Below are positions 43,186 through 52,589 of a stretch of DNA of 64,000 nt, piece after piece (the first letter of the stretch is position 1; each line of letters starts with the position of its first letter). The position numbers and the translations under genes were made by a program. The notes under the pieces are model-generated. The model saw nothing but the letters and a program-made list of their open reading frames with translations. It did not search any database and had not been told where the DNA came from. Source of the stretch: Escherichia phage AV108. The DNA lies in the sequence record OR352938.1; one strand, written 5' to 3'.

Positions 43186-43214
43186 ATCTTACTACCCCCG
43201 TTTCATGTTGTCAA
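43186..43214 (-). promoter_or_regulatory. sigma70-type early promoter
   Basis: TTGACA-N17-TAAGAT inside GGGGGTAGTAAGATACCCCC palindrome. Confidence 0.45.
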
Positions 43215-43220
43215 CTGTTT

Positions 43221-43595
43221 TTAAGAAAATTTTACTTCGTCTACAATGTCTTTCATGACATTGATTTCCATTCCGGTCAGAACACGTTGGAACATGTGCT
43301 GCACATACGCTTTCAGGTATTCATTTGATGGCTTACTATCGAAAGTCTTTTTAGTGTAGTAGTCATCACCGAAAGCTACTGTAATTACATTTTCGTCGTC
43401 GTTCCAAGCGATATAAGCAAATTTGCCGTTATCCCAGAAGCGAGCACTAATTGCTACTTTTGTTGAATCGAATCCTACTTCGCTGTGAGATTCAAGAACT
43501 ACTTGCGTGCCAGTTTCTTTATGAATGTAGTAGCGGGATACTAAGTCAAAGTTACGGGTGTAGTGACATTCGAATTTATCTTTAAACATCATCAT
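43221..43595 (-). CDS. Hypothetical protein (~124 aa)
   Basis: Start MMMFKDKFECHY after GGAGAATCAAA RBS. Confidence 0.5.
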   Translation of the reverse strand: MMMFKDKFECHYTRNFDLVSRYYIHKETGTQVVLESHSEVGFDSTKVAISARFWDNGKFAYIAWNDDENVITVAFGDDYYTKKTFDSKPSNEYLKAYVQHMFQRVLTGMEINVMKDIVDEVKFS

Positions 43596-43632
43596 TTTGA
43601 TTCTCCTAAGTGTGTTTCGTTTCGATATGTGC

Positions 43633-43661
43633 ATTATGCTATAGTCGTTTATGGTTGTCAA
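43633..43661 (-). promoter_or_regulatory. sigma70-type early promoter (TTGACA-N17-CATAAT)
   Basis: Conserved cassette. Confidence 0.5.
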
Positions 43662-43671
43662 CACCTAAAAA

Positions 43672-43697
43672 CAAAAAACCCCGAAAATTTTTCGGGG
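43672..43697 (-). terminator. Rho-independent terminator after 57B
   Basis: CCCCGAAAAtTTTTCGGGG perfect palindrome followed by U-run on minus strand. Confidence 0.6.
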
Positions 43698-43704
43698 TAT
43701 AAAA

Positions 43705-44169
43705 TTACAGTTTGGTCGTCCACTCCAGGTCTAGATCTTCGACATACTCATGAGATCGGACAATCTCTAAATCGAACTCTAGGTCAGTGCCAAATTTACG
43801 CGCACCAACATCATAAGAAAGCGTGATATGCGGTACATATTCAGGATAATCCCACGTCGCACCTAAAGCAGTGCCGATATCGTGTCTGAATTGCATGTAG
43901 TCGCTTTCAAATGCCAACACAAGTGCATTAGTACCGGATTGAGTTTCAAACACTTTCAGATGACACAGAGAGCCTAAGAACTTCTCCCCTTCTTCTGGGA
44001 TAAACGGAACATAGACACGAGAATATAAGATAGTGCTATGCAGTTTATCACGAGGAACGGCATTAGGCAGATCGTAGAACTCCTGCAATTTTTCAATGCG
44101 GTCTAGTGTATCCTCAGTGAATTTAACCGCCGCATATGTACCTTTAACGGATTCTCTAAACGGGGTCAT
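43705..44169 (-). CDS. 57B: gp57B-like protein (by position and size)
   Basis: ~154 aa ORF downstream of 57A as in T4; GGAGG RBS; no motif check possible. Confidence 0.45.
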   Translation of the reverse strand: MTPFRESVKGTYAAVKFTEDTLDRIEKLQEFYDLPNAVPRDKLHSTILYSRVYVPFIPEEGEKFLGSLCHLKVFETQSGTNALVLAFESDYMQFRHDIGTALGATWDYPEYVPHITLSYDVGARKFGTDLEFDLEIVRSHEYVEDLDLEWTTKL

Positions 44170-44171
44170 AA

Positions 44172-44432
44172 TCAAGCCTCCGTGATCAGTTCTACTTCCT
44201 CTTCTGCGTCTTCCGCTGCTTCGTCTTTAGGGAGAAGTGCTTTCACTTCTTCGACAATAGCATCAAGGGAAACAGTCCCGTTTTCGTCTGGCTGAATACC
44301 CAGAATGCGTACCAGTTCCATCAATACACGCTCACGATCTTTCAGTTGGCCTTCTAAGAATGCGGCCTTTTCTTGAGTGTCAAACAGACGTACTTTCAGG
44401 ACATTAATCATTTGTTCATGCTGATTGGACAT
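44172..44432 (-). CDS. 57A: Tail fiber assembly chaperone gp57A
   Basis: ~86 aa coiled-coil protein with acidic C-terminus, similar in pattern to T4 gp57A; AGGAG RBS. Confidence 0.6.
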   Translation of the reverse strand: MSNQHEQMINVLKVRLFDTQEKAAFLEGQLKDRERVLMELVRILGIQPDENGTVSLDAIVEEVKALLPKDEAAEDAEEEVELITEA

Positions 44433-44464
44433 ATTCACATCTCCTATTTGTTGATAACTTTTTA

Positions 44465-45121
44465 TTAAATGTTCGCGAGAATCGCGCTTTCAAATTCTTC
44501 TAATGTACCATTATTTATGATAATGGTTTCACCGTCAATAGGCAAAATTCCTTTTTCGGTGGAGTGAGTCGATACAATACCAGTATCACGCTGAATATGC
44601 AACACCTTAGCACCCATAGCACGCATGAGAGCAATTTCAATAGGCTGACGCACATCAACCACTACAAAATAACCTTCTTCATTTTTGCGCTTCATAAACT
44701 CATTCACGAAGAGATTACACCAATAAAGCGGATTGATCAAGTTAACCATTATATCAGTACCGAGAGTGGTTAACATGAGACGAATAGACCAGACGTTATT
44801 ATGTTTTTCGCCGATCTCATTAACGACCTTGTAAATCTCAGCCAGACAATCACAAGTAAAGGAACTACCGCCATACTTCGAATCTAGCATAAGCAGACAC
44901 TGAATAAACCACTTATGCGCGGTATAGGTATCAATACCTAGATCGGCTTCTCTGTCACGCCCTAACCCGTCAAAGTCAAGATAAGTCAGACCTAAGTCTG
45001 GTTGGCATTCGCACAATATTTCTTTGATCGGTGCTGCCAGTTGATAACTATGTCCATCAATGATTAACGCGGCAGTGTCTTTTCCTACTCGCTTTTTACC
45101 ACAAAGTGCAATCAATTTCAT
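44465..45121 (-). CDS. 1: Deoxynucleoside monophosphate kinase gp1
   Basis: MKLIALCGKKRVGKDT P-loop and YQLAAPIKE as in T4 gp1. Confidence 0.8.
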   Translation of the reverse strand: MKLIALCGKKRVGKDTAALIIDGHSYQLAAPIKEILCECQPDLGLTYLDFDGLGRDREADLGIDTYTAHKWFIQCLLMLDSKYGGSSFTCDCLAEIYKVVNEIGEKHNNVWSIRLMLTTLGTDIMVNLINPLYWCNLFVNEFMKRKNEEGYFVVVDVRQPIEIALMRAMGAKVLHIQRDTGIVSTHSTEKGILPIDGETIIINNGTLEEFESAILANI

Positions 45122-45136
45122 TATATAAGCCTCTTA

Positions 45137-45727
45137 TTACTTTCTAAAAGCAGGGTGCATAGCTTTAATACCTTCCACCCTCTGACGATCCGCCGCCTGA
45201 ATTGCTGGGCGAGGAACGATCAGTTGACCATCACGTTCAATGCTCATTGTTTTAAAGGGAAGAATTGCAGTACACACCAGAGATTCATGCATATCATCGG
45301 TGTATGTTAACTCAAGTTCCCCCAATTGTGAACACCAACAACCATAAAAGTTAAAAGTGCACACAATGTTACGTCGTTCGTTGTCCATCATGTGAACTTG
45401 AACGGCTTCCGGCATTGAATCCTTCCACGCTGTGGAGTTACCGTTATTGTAGTCTACTATAGAAAGCATCCATGTGTAAAGGTTTAGATAGCTTTCCAAA
45501 TGCTCATCAACGATAAACCGGACTACCAACGGGTCAAACTCCACATGACTAGACGGATAATCAGCGACCGCCAAACCATATTGACCAGCAACTTGCTTAG
45601 TCGGTGGAATGGTTATAGCCGGAAGTGTAACACCTTGACAGTTTAAAGTAAAGCCTTTTGTTAGTTGACCATCTGGAATGGCAATCTGCCAGTTGCTAGG
45701 GTTAGCATAGTTAAAGAGATTGGACAT
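45137..45727 (-). CDS. 3: Tail completion/sheath stabiliser gp3 (by synteny)
   Basis: 196 aa ORF immediately downstream of gene 1 as in T4; no motif confirmation. Confidence 0.4.
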   Translation of the reverse strand: MSNLFNYANPSNWQIAIPDGQLTKGFTLNCQGVTLPAITIPPTKQVAGQYGLAVADYPSSHVEFDPLVVRFIVDEHLESYLNLYTWMLSIVDYNNGNSTAWKDSMPEAVQVHMMDNERRNIVCTFNFYGCWCSQLGELELTYTDDMHESLVCTAILPFKTMSIERDGQLIVPRPAIQAADRQRVEGIKAMHPAFRK

Positions 45728-45757
45728 TACGATTCCTTAAATGAAAATATTTATCAA

Positions 45758-46291
45758 CTAAAAATTTAAACTAGCATAATCTCCAAAATGTTCCTTTGCT
45801 GCTTCGTCATAAGCCTTTGCAGCATCAACTTCGTCAAGAAAGACGCCCAAATGGACCTTTCTACGATTGATTGATATCTGAGCACACCATTTGTTATTCT
45901 GTGTTCTAATCACTCCTTTATACTTACTCTTACAACCATCAAGTTTTCCGCGATTGAACGCATTTTCCTGAGAAGTGGATTCTCTCAAGTTATCCGGTGC
46001 ATTATTTTCTCGGTTTCTATCTACATGGTCGATCATTTTAACTTGCGTACCATGTTCAAGATACCAAACAACCCTATGAACTTTAATGACCAAAGAATAG
46101 CCATCACTGCGCCAAAACTTAAAACATAGATAACCTCGACTATTTTTATAAACTTTAACCGGGTCTCCTGCCTTATACCATCGACCATTCTTTCCACTAT
46201 CTTTCAAATGATACAATATACCATTAACGTGTTTATACTTATCTCTAATTTCTTTTTGTGTAAAATCATCCCACATCTTAAAACCAGACAT
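45758..46291 (-). CDS. Free-standing HNH endonuclease with AP2 DNA-binding domain
   Basis: IDHVDRNRENNAPDNLR (HNH) and KYKGVIRTQNNKWCAQISINRRKVHLGVFLDEVDAAKAYDEAAKEHFG (AP2-like); own promoter upstream. Confidence 0.7.
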   Translation of the reverse strand: MSGFKMWDDFTQKEIRDKYKHVNGILYHLKDSGKNGRWYKAGDPVKVYKNSRGYLCFKFWRSDGYSLVIKVHRVVWYLEHGTQVKMIDHVDRNRENNAPDNLRESTSQENAFNRGKLDGCKSKYKGVIRTQNNKWCAQISINRRKVHLGVFLDEVDAAKAYDEAAKEHFGDYASLNF

Positions 46292-46324
46292 ACATTTTCT
46301 CCTGATATTATTAATAACAACATC

Positions 46325-46353
46325 AATCTAACACATCCAGTATATAATGTCAA
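46325..46353 (-). promoter_or_regulatory. sigma70-type promoter for HNH-AP2 gene
   Basis: TTGACA-N17-TAGATT upstream of GGAG RBS. Confidence 0.4.
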
Positions 46354-46508
46354 TTGTCGCTTTGCGACGTGCCGTAGGCACTGACTACTTTTTAACCGAA
46401 ACAAATTTTTATTATTCTAAAGATCTTTCTTCGTTTTGGTTATGTTTTAACCAATAACTATATTTTTATACAGTAATAAATAAAACTGGTACTATACGAG
46501 GACTTCTT

Positions 46509-46763
46509 ATGACAGAAGACATTTTGTTAAAACTCTATGATCGTTTGGATAACGAATTAGCAACATTGCGGGGTGAAGTTCTCTATTTGTCTAAATGCAA
46601 TACAGATCTGCTTAAGCAGATTGCAGAAAGGGATGATCAAATAAAATCCCTTTCAGGTGCATTACGTGATCGCGACAAGGCATTAGAGATTTTACAGCGT
46701 GTTACCAATAAGGAAGAATTAAAAGACTTCTTACATGGTTATGCTCATGCTATCGATCTATAA
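46509..46763 (+). CDS. Hypothetical coiled-coil protein (84 aa), plus strand
   Basis: GAGGA RBS 7 nt upstream of ATG; followed by hairpin terminator; AT-rich upstream region. Confidence 0.5.
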   Translation: MTEDILLKLYDRLDNELATLRGEVLYLSKCNTDLLKQIAERDDQIKSLSGALRDRDKALEILQRVTNKEELKDFLHGYAHAIDL

Positions 46764-46790
46764 TAAAAAAAGCCCGTCATTGACGGGCTT
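46764..46790. terminator. Palindromic hairpin terminator shared by convergent genes
   Basis: AGCCCGTCAttgACGGGCT flanked by A-run. Confidence 0.55.
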
Positions 46791-46794
46791 AATC

Positions 46795-47937
46795 TTAACT
46801 ATTGATCATATCAATGACGTTTTGTAGCTCTGATATGGATAGCGTTTCTGTATATCCATCGGGCATATCTTCTTTACTAACATAGAAACCTTTATACTTT
46901 TTCTTTATTGCACATTCCATAGAAAGAGCATCATCACCGTTATCGTATTTTTTATAAAATGTCAACTCATGACGAAATATAGATTTTGAAGATTGGTTTT
47001 GTATTCTTTTTATTAATCTGTTGTTGGTTATACCAAATTTTATAGCAACCGCAACATCTTCTTTGTATAAAGTTTGTACATAAATGTATGCAGGTTTATT
47101 CCTCTTAAATCCATGATTGCTACACATAGGGCAACCGCTATTTTTTGATACGTAGTCTCCTAAGTTTGGCGTAAATTCATGTCCGCTACTACAACGCATT
47201 ACCAATTTTGTTTTTAGCATTCCTCTATACTCACCGCCAACAAAATCAACAAATGTATCACCTTTATCAATCGCCTTATCTGTTATTTCCTTTACTACTT
47301 GCTCAGTTGACTTCTTGTTTTTACCTGAACATAGTTTACATCTAGATCCATTAACTAAAAACGAGTGACCGGATGCAGTATATTCATGTCCATTAGGGCA
47401 TTTAACTAAGATATTTCTTTCATAAAAATCTTTATAATCAGACACATAGCCAATGACTTCGTGGTCTTTTTGGTTATTCCTCATCTCTGTTAGCAACTCT
47501 TCGCTATTCCAGCGTTTACCCTTAACGCAGAGACAACCATGACCTTGATAAAGATATATAAATTTCTTAGTAAAGTTTTTGTTGCAATCAGGACAATGCA
47601 TTAGTAATTCTGTCATTTGACCTGTATATCCTTTAGGAATATCGATCAATGTGTATTTTCCGCATATTGTCTTTAATGCATCATCTATTCTTTCTTTGGT
47701 CCAGCGTAAGCGACCAGTGCATTCATGACATTTTACACCCAGTCTAAGAGTATCTAAACTAAATATAGTTGACGTATGTCCTTTATCACATTTTAACTTA
47801 AATCTAGTATCCTTTGCGTTGGTGTATTCTCCGACTAGACCATACCATTCATAACCACATGGGATATGTTCTTTTACCTTCTCTAGATATACACCGAACG
47901 GTCTAGGAACTGAATTAGGTTTTCTTTCTTTAGTCAT
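46795..47937 (-). CDS. Zinc-ribbon repeat protein with C-terminal GIY-YIG/T5orf172-like domain (homing-endonuclease-like)
   Basis: Four repeats of C-x2-GH...C-x2-C followed by AYIYV...AIKFGIT..R motif. Confidence 0.45.
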   Translation of the reverse strand: MTKERKPNSVPRPFGVYLEKVKEHIPCGYEWYGLVGEYTNAKDTRFKLKCDKGHTSTIFSLDTLRLGVKCHECTGRLRWTKERIDDALKTICGKYTLIDIPKGYTGQMTELLMHCPDCNKNFTKKFIYLYQGHGCLCVKGKRWNSEELLTEMRNNQKDHEVIGYVSDYKDFYERNILVKCPNGHEYTASGHSFLVNGSRCKLCSGKNKKSTEQVVKEITDKAIDKGDTFVDFVGGEYRGMLKTKLVMRCSSGHEFTPNLGDYVSKNSGCPMCSNHGFKRNKPAYIYVQTLYKEDVAVAIKFGITNNRLIKRIQNQSSKSIFRHELTFYKKYDNGDDALSMECAIKKKYKGFYVSKEDMPDGYTETLSISELQNVIDMINS

Positions 47938-47949
47938 ATTTTTATATCC

Positions 47950-47986
47950 TGTAAATTAAAGCGCCGTCACCAGCGGCGCTATTTTT
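47950..47986. terminator. Hairpin terminator after gp2
   Basis: GCGCCGtcaccaGCGGCGC with flanking A/T-rich runs. Confidence 0.4.
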
Positions 47987-47993
47987 ATAATCA

Positions 47994-48815
47994 TTAAAAC
48001 AATTTCCACACCTTACGAGCATCATATTTCTTGTCTTTGCTCATAAACTGGTAGGTCGGAAGATACACAACCGTGCCCCAATCTTTTGGTGCGATCTCAA
48101 TCAGTTTTGTTTGGATGTGTCCAGGCAAATATGCTTTGATCATGTGGTCTGCGCCTCTCATACCTTTAACATCACTCCATTTAATTTTTAAACGAGTTTT
48201 ATTACTAAGAGTAGGTGTACTCGCGTATTGTCGCAACAACGCTTCTAAGAACTGCTGGCGAGCTTTAGGTGGCGCATAGTGCAAGTTCAAACCTAGCATA
48301 ATCTCGTTTCCCGCTTTAGATGTACCAAATCCTAGACAGATAATCAAGGGGTATCGGTCAAAGAATGGCAAAGAATCCCGATATTTTGGGTTATACGCAT
48401 AAGTATAGATCCGTCCCACTTGTGGTTTTACTACCTGATGACCTTTTACACCATCCTTGATGGTCTTCATAAACCACTCCTGTGATTTTTCTTTAGGACG
48501 ACTCTTTGATACAGCACGCATAGACGCACGAAAATCATTAATCATCATCATTGCGCGTTGCTGCTTATTGAGACCCTTTGCACTTTTCCCTTTTAGTTTT
48601 TCAACTTCTATTGCTGTTTTAATTTCGCTGGCATAACGAGACATACTTTTAGTGAAAGTCGCATAAGCAATACCCTTAGAATCTGCAAATGCTTTAGCTG
48701 TCATGCCTTTGGCTTTTGCTTTCGCAAATTCTACACCCAATTCGACCCACTGTTTAGACTTTCGTTTTTGGGGAGACGGCTTTTCGTCTTCGGTGATTAT
48801 TTCAAATACGCTCAT
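47994..48815 (-). CDS. 2: DNA end protector protein gp2 (by synteny/size)
   Basis: 273 aa basic protein between gp4 and gp3 region as in T4 (274 aa). Confidence 0.5.
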   Translation of the reverse strand: MSVFEIITEDEKPSPQKRKSKQWVELGVEFAKAKAKGMTAKAFADSKGIAYATFTKSMSRYASEIKTAIEVEKLKGKSAKGLNKQQRAMMMINDFRASMRAVSKSRPKEKSQEWFMKTIKDGVKGHQVVKPQVGRIYTYAYNPKYRDSLPFFDRYPLIICLGFGTSKAGNEIMLGLNLHYAPPKARQQFLEALLRQYASTPTLSNKTRLKIKWSDVKGMRGADHMIKAYLPGHIQTKLIEIAPKDWGTVVYLPTYQFMSKDKKYDARKVWKLF

Positions 48816-48826
48816 AATATTATCCT

Positions 48827-49300
48827 CTATTTGTTAAGCCCTTTAAAGCCAAACACTTTCTTTAATGCATGTTCGGTTATGATCTTAAACTCCATGTTAT
48901 GCTTTTGGCATAATTTCACGGCAGCTAACCATTTTTCAGTATTTTTTGTGTATGTCCATACTTCATGCATATATCGTTGCTTTGTCTTCGCGGTCATTCT
49001 TTTTGGCTTTTCCGGTGGCCTTGTCTCTTTAGCTGGTTTAACTTCCCATAAATGCTCCTTGCCATCATCAAACTTAACGTAAAAATCCATAAAGTATCTG
49101 TGTCTTTTTCCGTCTGTTGATGACTCATAAGGAATTACTACGGTCTCAGATCCCCATTTTGCAACTCTAGGATTGCGGTCTAGCCACTGCATGATCCATC
49201 TTTCCCAGCTTGAACGGTATGTGATCTTACGTATATCCCCTTTATACTTTTCCTTATTCTCAGGAACATACTTGCCCTTATAAGTGTTAGATCCTCCCAT
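48827..49300 (-). CDS. 4: Head completion protein gp4
   Basis: 157 aa; KGKYVPENKEKYKG...ITYRSSWE N-terminus resembles T4 gp4; divergent from gp53 as in T4. Confidence 0.6.
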   Translation of the reverse strand: MGGSNTYKGKYVPENKEKYKGDIRKITYRSSWERWIMQWLDRNPRVAKWGSETVVIPYESSTDGKRHRYFMDFYVKFDDGKEHLWEVKPAKETRPPEKPKRMTAKTKQRYMHEVWTYTKNTEKWLAAVKLCQKHNMEFKIITEHALKKVFGFKGLNK

Positions 49301-49315
49301 TTTAGCACCCTTTAT

Positions 49316-49323
49316 TATAAATA
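49316..49323 (+). promoter_or_regulatory. T4-type late promoter TATAAATA upstream of gene 53
   Basis: Exact TATAAATA ~33 nt upstream of gp53 ATG in divergent intergenic region. Confidence 0.55.
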
Positions 49324-49355
49324 CATAATACTATTTATCAATTGAGGGTGATAAA

Positions 49356-49910
49356 ATGCTCTTTTCTTTCTTCCCTGCCATTGAATACAACGGCAAGATG
49401 ATTACTGACATTGTGCGCAATTACCGCGCATATTTCAACGCAATAATTTCTGATTATAACATACAAACATATTACATTCAAGGTAGTCCACGACCGGAAC
49501 AAGTTGCATATGAAGTATACGGAAACCAACAACTTTATTGGATCTTGCTGATGCTTAATGACGTATACGATCCGTTCCATGACTGGATCACCGATCAAGA
49601 GACAGCATATGAATCAGCCGAACAGCGATATGCAAGTGTAGGAGGAAATCAAGTATTATACCACGTTGATATTGACGGAAACAAGTATTGGAATCTTACC
49701 GAATATCCGAAAGGATCAAGCAATTGGTATGATAAAGGGGATATTCATCATCGTCATTTGCAGTTTCAAGGTGCACTATCGGCAGTAGACACACTGGAAG
49801 ATGCGATCCTCCGTAATGAGGAACGACGCAAGATCAAGATCATAGATCCTACACAAATTAAACAATTTATTAACGCATTCATTCGAGAAATGGAAAAGGC
49901 TGATGTGTAA
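49356..49910 (+). CDS. 53: Baseplate wedge protein gp53
   Basis: 184 aa immediately upstream of gp5, GAGGGTGA RBS; T4 order 53-5. Confidence 0.6.
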   Translation: MLFSFFPAIEYNGKMITDIVRNYRAYFNAIISDYNIQTYYIQGSPRPEQVAYEVYGNQQLYWILLMLNDVYDPFHDWITDQETAYESAEQRYASVGGNQVLYHVDIDGNKYWNLTEYPKGSSNWYDKGDIHHRHLQFQGALSAVDTLEDAILRNEERRKIKIIDPTQIKQFINAFIREMEKADV

Positions 49911-49921
49911 GGTGATTAATT

Positions 49922-51721
49922 ATGCTAATGTTTAATAACTCCGTTAAATGGTTTACCGGAATTGTAGAAAACAGGGAAGACCCATTAATGCTGGGGCGTG
50001 TTCAGGTTAGGATTCATGGTATACATCCCTCGCTATCCGCACACGGTGACATTCAAGGTCTCCCAACCGAAGATCTATTATGGATTACGCCAGTACAAGA
50101 TATTACAAGCGCGGCGATCTCCGGTATAGGTCAAAGCCCTACTGGTATTGTTGAAGGTTCAATGGTATTTGGTTTGGCTTTAGATGAACGTTATTTAAAC
50201 TGCGTTATTCTGGGTACTATTGCCGGACAATATACAGAGAAACCACTCACTACAGAGGGTTTTTGTGACCCTTCTGGTGCATATCCTCGTTATATTGGTA
50301 ATGATGTTAATATTCTTGCTCGTGGCGGTATTAACCCAGAAACCGGACAAACAACAAAACCTGATAGTGTCTATATTCGAGATGAAAATACTGGAGTTGC
50401 AGTAAATCCAGACGACGAGCCATTAGACCAAATTCCGGTTGATGATAATCCTGATTTTACAATAGAAAAAATGCTGCGTGGAGATGAGGGGTATCGCGAG
50501 AAATGGTATCTTGATTCAGAAGGATATCCGACAATAGGCATCGGGCATTTGATCATTTATAAGAAAACCAGTGATCTTGGTATTATCAATAATGAACTTT
50601 CTAAGCTGGTAGGGCGTGAAGTTACAAACGGAAGACTTACCTCCGAAGAAGTTAGTAAAGTATTTGCTGACGATATAGAAAAGACTCGTCGTGATATGCG
50701 CAAACATCCACGAATTGCACCTGTCTATAATAAATGTAATGCCTCACGTCGTATGGCATTAGAAAATATGGCGTTTCAAATGGGTGTTGGAGGATTGGGT
50801 AAATTTAAGAATAGTCTTGCTGCGATGTTAGCGGAAGAATGGAAACAAGCCTATGATGGATTACGTCAATCGGTATGGGCTAACCAAACTCCAGGACGCT
50901 CCAGCCGTGTTTCTAAAATTATTTTAACTGGTAACTTAGAATCATATGGCGTAATTGCTCCAAAGAAAGAGGAATCAATTTCGGATGATCCGCGAGCACG
51001 TTTGAGAAATGCCCGTATTGCTGCCTATAAGACGCAGAGAGCAGAAGAAGACCCAGAAGCACCGTTTACCCCACAAGACACACGAATCATGTTTAAAGAG
51101 CCTAAGAGTTCGTATTCTGCAAGGTATCCATATAACCATGTGTACGAGTCAGAGAGCGGTCATATTATCGAGATTGATGATACTCCTTCTCATGAGCGAT
51201 ATCATCGTAAACATCCTTCTGGTACATTTGAAGAAACCAGACCGGATGGAACGAGGGTAGAAAAGATTGAAGGCGATGATTATCTGATCGTTAAACAAGG
51301 CCGGAAAGTAAACGTCAAGGGTAATTTGCAAGTTGTTGTTGAAGGTGACGCGCAAGTTTATTATATGGGTAATGTGATGCAAACCGTTGATGGTAACGTC
51401 ACTGAATTTATTCGTGGCAATGTTAATCAGACCGTTGAAGGTACTGCTAACATGCATGTTGTTGGTGATGTTATCGCACAGCTTGACGCTAATTTGACGG
51501 CTAACGTCAAGGGTAATGCTGAATTAATGATCGATGGTAACACTACCGAAACAATTAAAGGTAACTATGATTTAACCGTTGAGGGTAATTTTAATATGAC
51601 AGTCAATGGCACTAAATCAGATCAGGTTAATGGTGACTGGTCCCGTAATTGTGGTGCAAGCGTTAAAGATATTGCAACTGGTACAGTTAAAATTGATGGT
51701 AGCCGTATTGATCTTGGGTGA
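49922..51721 (+). CDS. 5: Baseplate hub/tail lysozyme gp5
   Basis: N-terminal OB-fold region MLMFNNSVKWFTGIVEN, central T4-lysozyme-like domain (YLDSEGYPTIGIGHLI), C-terminal VxGxxxxxV beta-helix repeats. Confidence 0.85.
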   Translation: MLMFNNSVKWFTGIVENREDPLMLGRVQVRIHGIHPSLSAHGDIQGLPTEDLLWITPVQDITSAAISGIGQSPTGIVEGSMVFGLALDERYLNCVILGTIAGQYTEKPLTTEGFCDPSGAYPRYIGNDVNILARGGINPETGQTTKPDSVYIRDENTGVAVNPDDEPLDQIPVDDNPDFTIEKMLRGDEGYREKWYLDSEGYPTIGIGHLIIYKKTSDLGIINNELSKLVGREVTNGRLTSEEVSKVFADDIEKTRRDMRKHPRIAPVYNKCNASRRMALENMAFQMGVGGLGKFKNSLAAMLAEEWKQAYDGLRQSVWANQTPGRSSRVSKIILTGNLESYGVIAPKKEESISDDPRARLRNARIAAYKTQRAEEDPEAPFTPQDTRIMFKEPKSSYSARYPYNHVYESESGHIIEIDDTPSHERYHRKHPSGTFEETRPDGTRVEKIEGDDYLIVKQGRKVNVKGNLQVVVEGDAQVYYMGNVMQTVDGNVTEFIRGNVNQTVEGTANMHVVGDVIAQLDANLTANVKGNAELMIDGNTTETIKGNYDLTVEGNFNMTVNGTKSDQVNGDWSRNCGASVKDIATGTVKIDGSRIDLG

Positions 51722-51729
51722 GGTAACTA

Positions 51730-52296
51730 ATGGTTGAAATTCTTCCGATGAGTTCAAAATTGGAGGATATCAGCGAGCGAGAAATCTTTGAGGTGGTGTT
51801 CTCTTATAAAGCAACGCCACCGGATGCAAATACCACATACACGATTAAAGAGTTTAAGATCAGCGAGTATCGCCCTAATAAGGGCGTTACCGTTGAAGAA
51901 ACTAAAATATCTGGTGAGTATCGGGATAGTTTTTCGCTTGGCGCGGATTCTCTTAAATATATAACGAAAGATAGAATTAAAAAATCTGCCGGAAGTTTTG
52001 ATGATTTACCAGATCCAACTACCGCAGATCTATATTATTTTAACGCTCCTACACGTCTACAGGAGGTTTATACTTATAAAGTAACCCTAACCTATATCCA
52101 ATCTGTTTCAGAGTCTTCTGGTGGTTCTGATGAAGGAAATAGTGGTGGTTCCAATAGCCGAGAGGGTGCTGGTGAAACTAATCCGCCTCCGGTAGTAACC
52201 GAGCACACAATAGAGAAAGTTTATACTCAAACCGTTTTTGGAAATTGGGATGTGTGGGCGCAGCAACTAAGAGATTATGTACATAGGGGTGTTTAA
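51730..52296 (+). CDS. Hypothetical baseplate-region protein (gp5.1 position)
   Basis: 188 aa ORF between gp5 and gp5.4. Confidence 0.45.
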   Translation: MVEILPMSSKLEDISEREIFEVVFSYKATPPDANTTYTIKEFKISEYRPNKGVTVEETKISGEYRDSFSLGADSLKYITKDRIKKSAGSFDDLPDPTTADLYYFNAPTRLQEVYTYKVTLTYIQSVSESSGGSDEGNSGGSNSREGAGETNPPPVVTEHTIEKVYTQTVFGNWDVWAQQLRDYVHRGV

Positions 52297-52589
52297 TGGC
52301 TGGATTATCCTACGATAAAGCTAAAACTACAGGGCACGGAAACTACCCACCTACGGTAATTAATGCAACTCAATCTAAGGTATTTGTTGAGGGTATCCCT
52401 GTATTAGTCGAAGGAGACCCAATTACACCACATACAAAAACAACAAAGCCTTATGATACACACGGGGGAACTACGGTCGCCAGTACCCCGAAAGTATTTG
52501 TTACCGGAAAGAAAGCAATTCAAATGGCAGATCGTATTAGCTGTGGCGATACCGTCGCTATGGCATCACCGAAGGTATTCATAAAATGA
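52296..52589 (+). CDS. 5.4: PAAR-repeat spike tip protein gp5.4
   Basis: 97 aa, same length as T4 gp5.4; repeated short beta-strand motifs ([29 protein letters not shown]). Confidence 0.65.
   Translation: MAGLSYDKAKTTGHGNYPPTVINATQSKVFVEGIPVLVEGDPITPHTKTTKPYDTHGGTTVASTPKVFVTGKKAIQMADRISCGDTVAMASPKVFIK

Larger units (their letters stand above)
45758..47937 (-). mobile_element. Insertion block between gp3 and gp2 carrying two endonuclease-like genes
   Basis: HNH-AP2 ORF, AT-rich divergent promoter region, plus-strand small ORF and Zn-ribbon/GIY-YIG-like ORF interrupt the T4 3-2-4 order. Confidence 0.45.
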
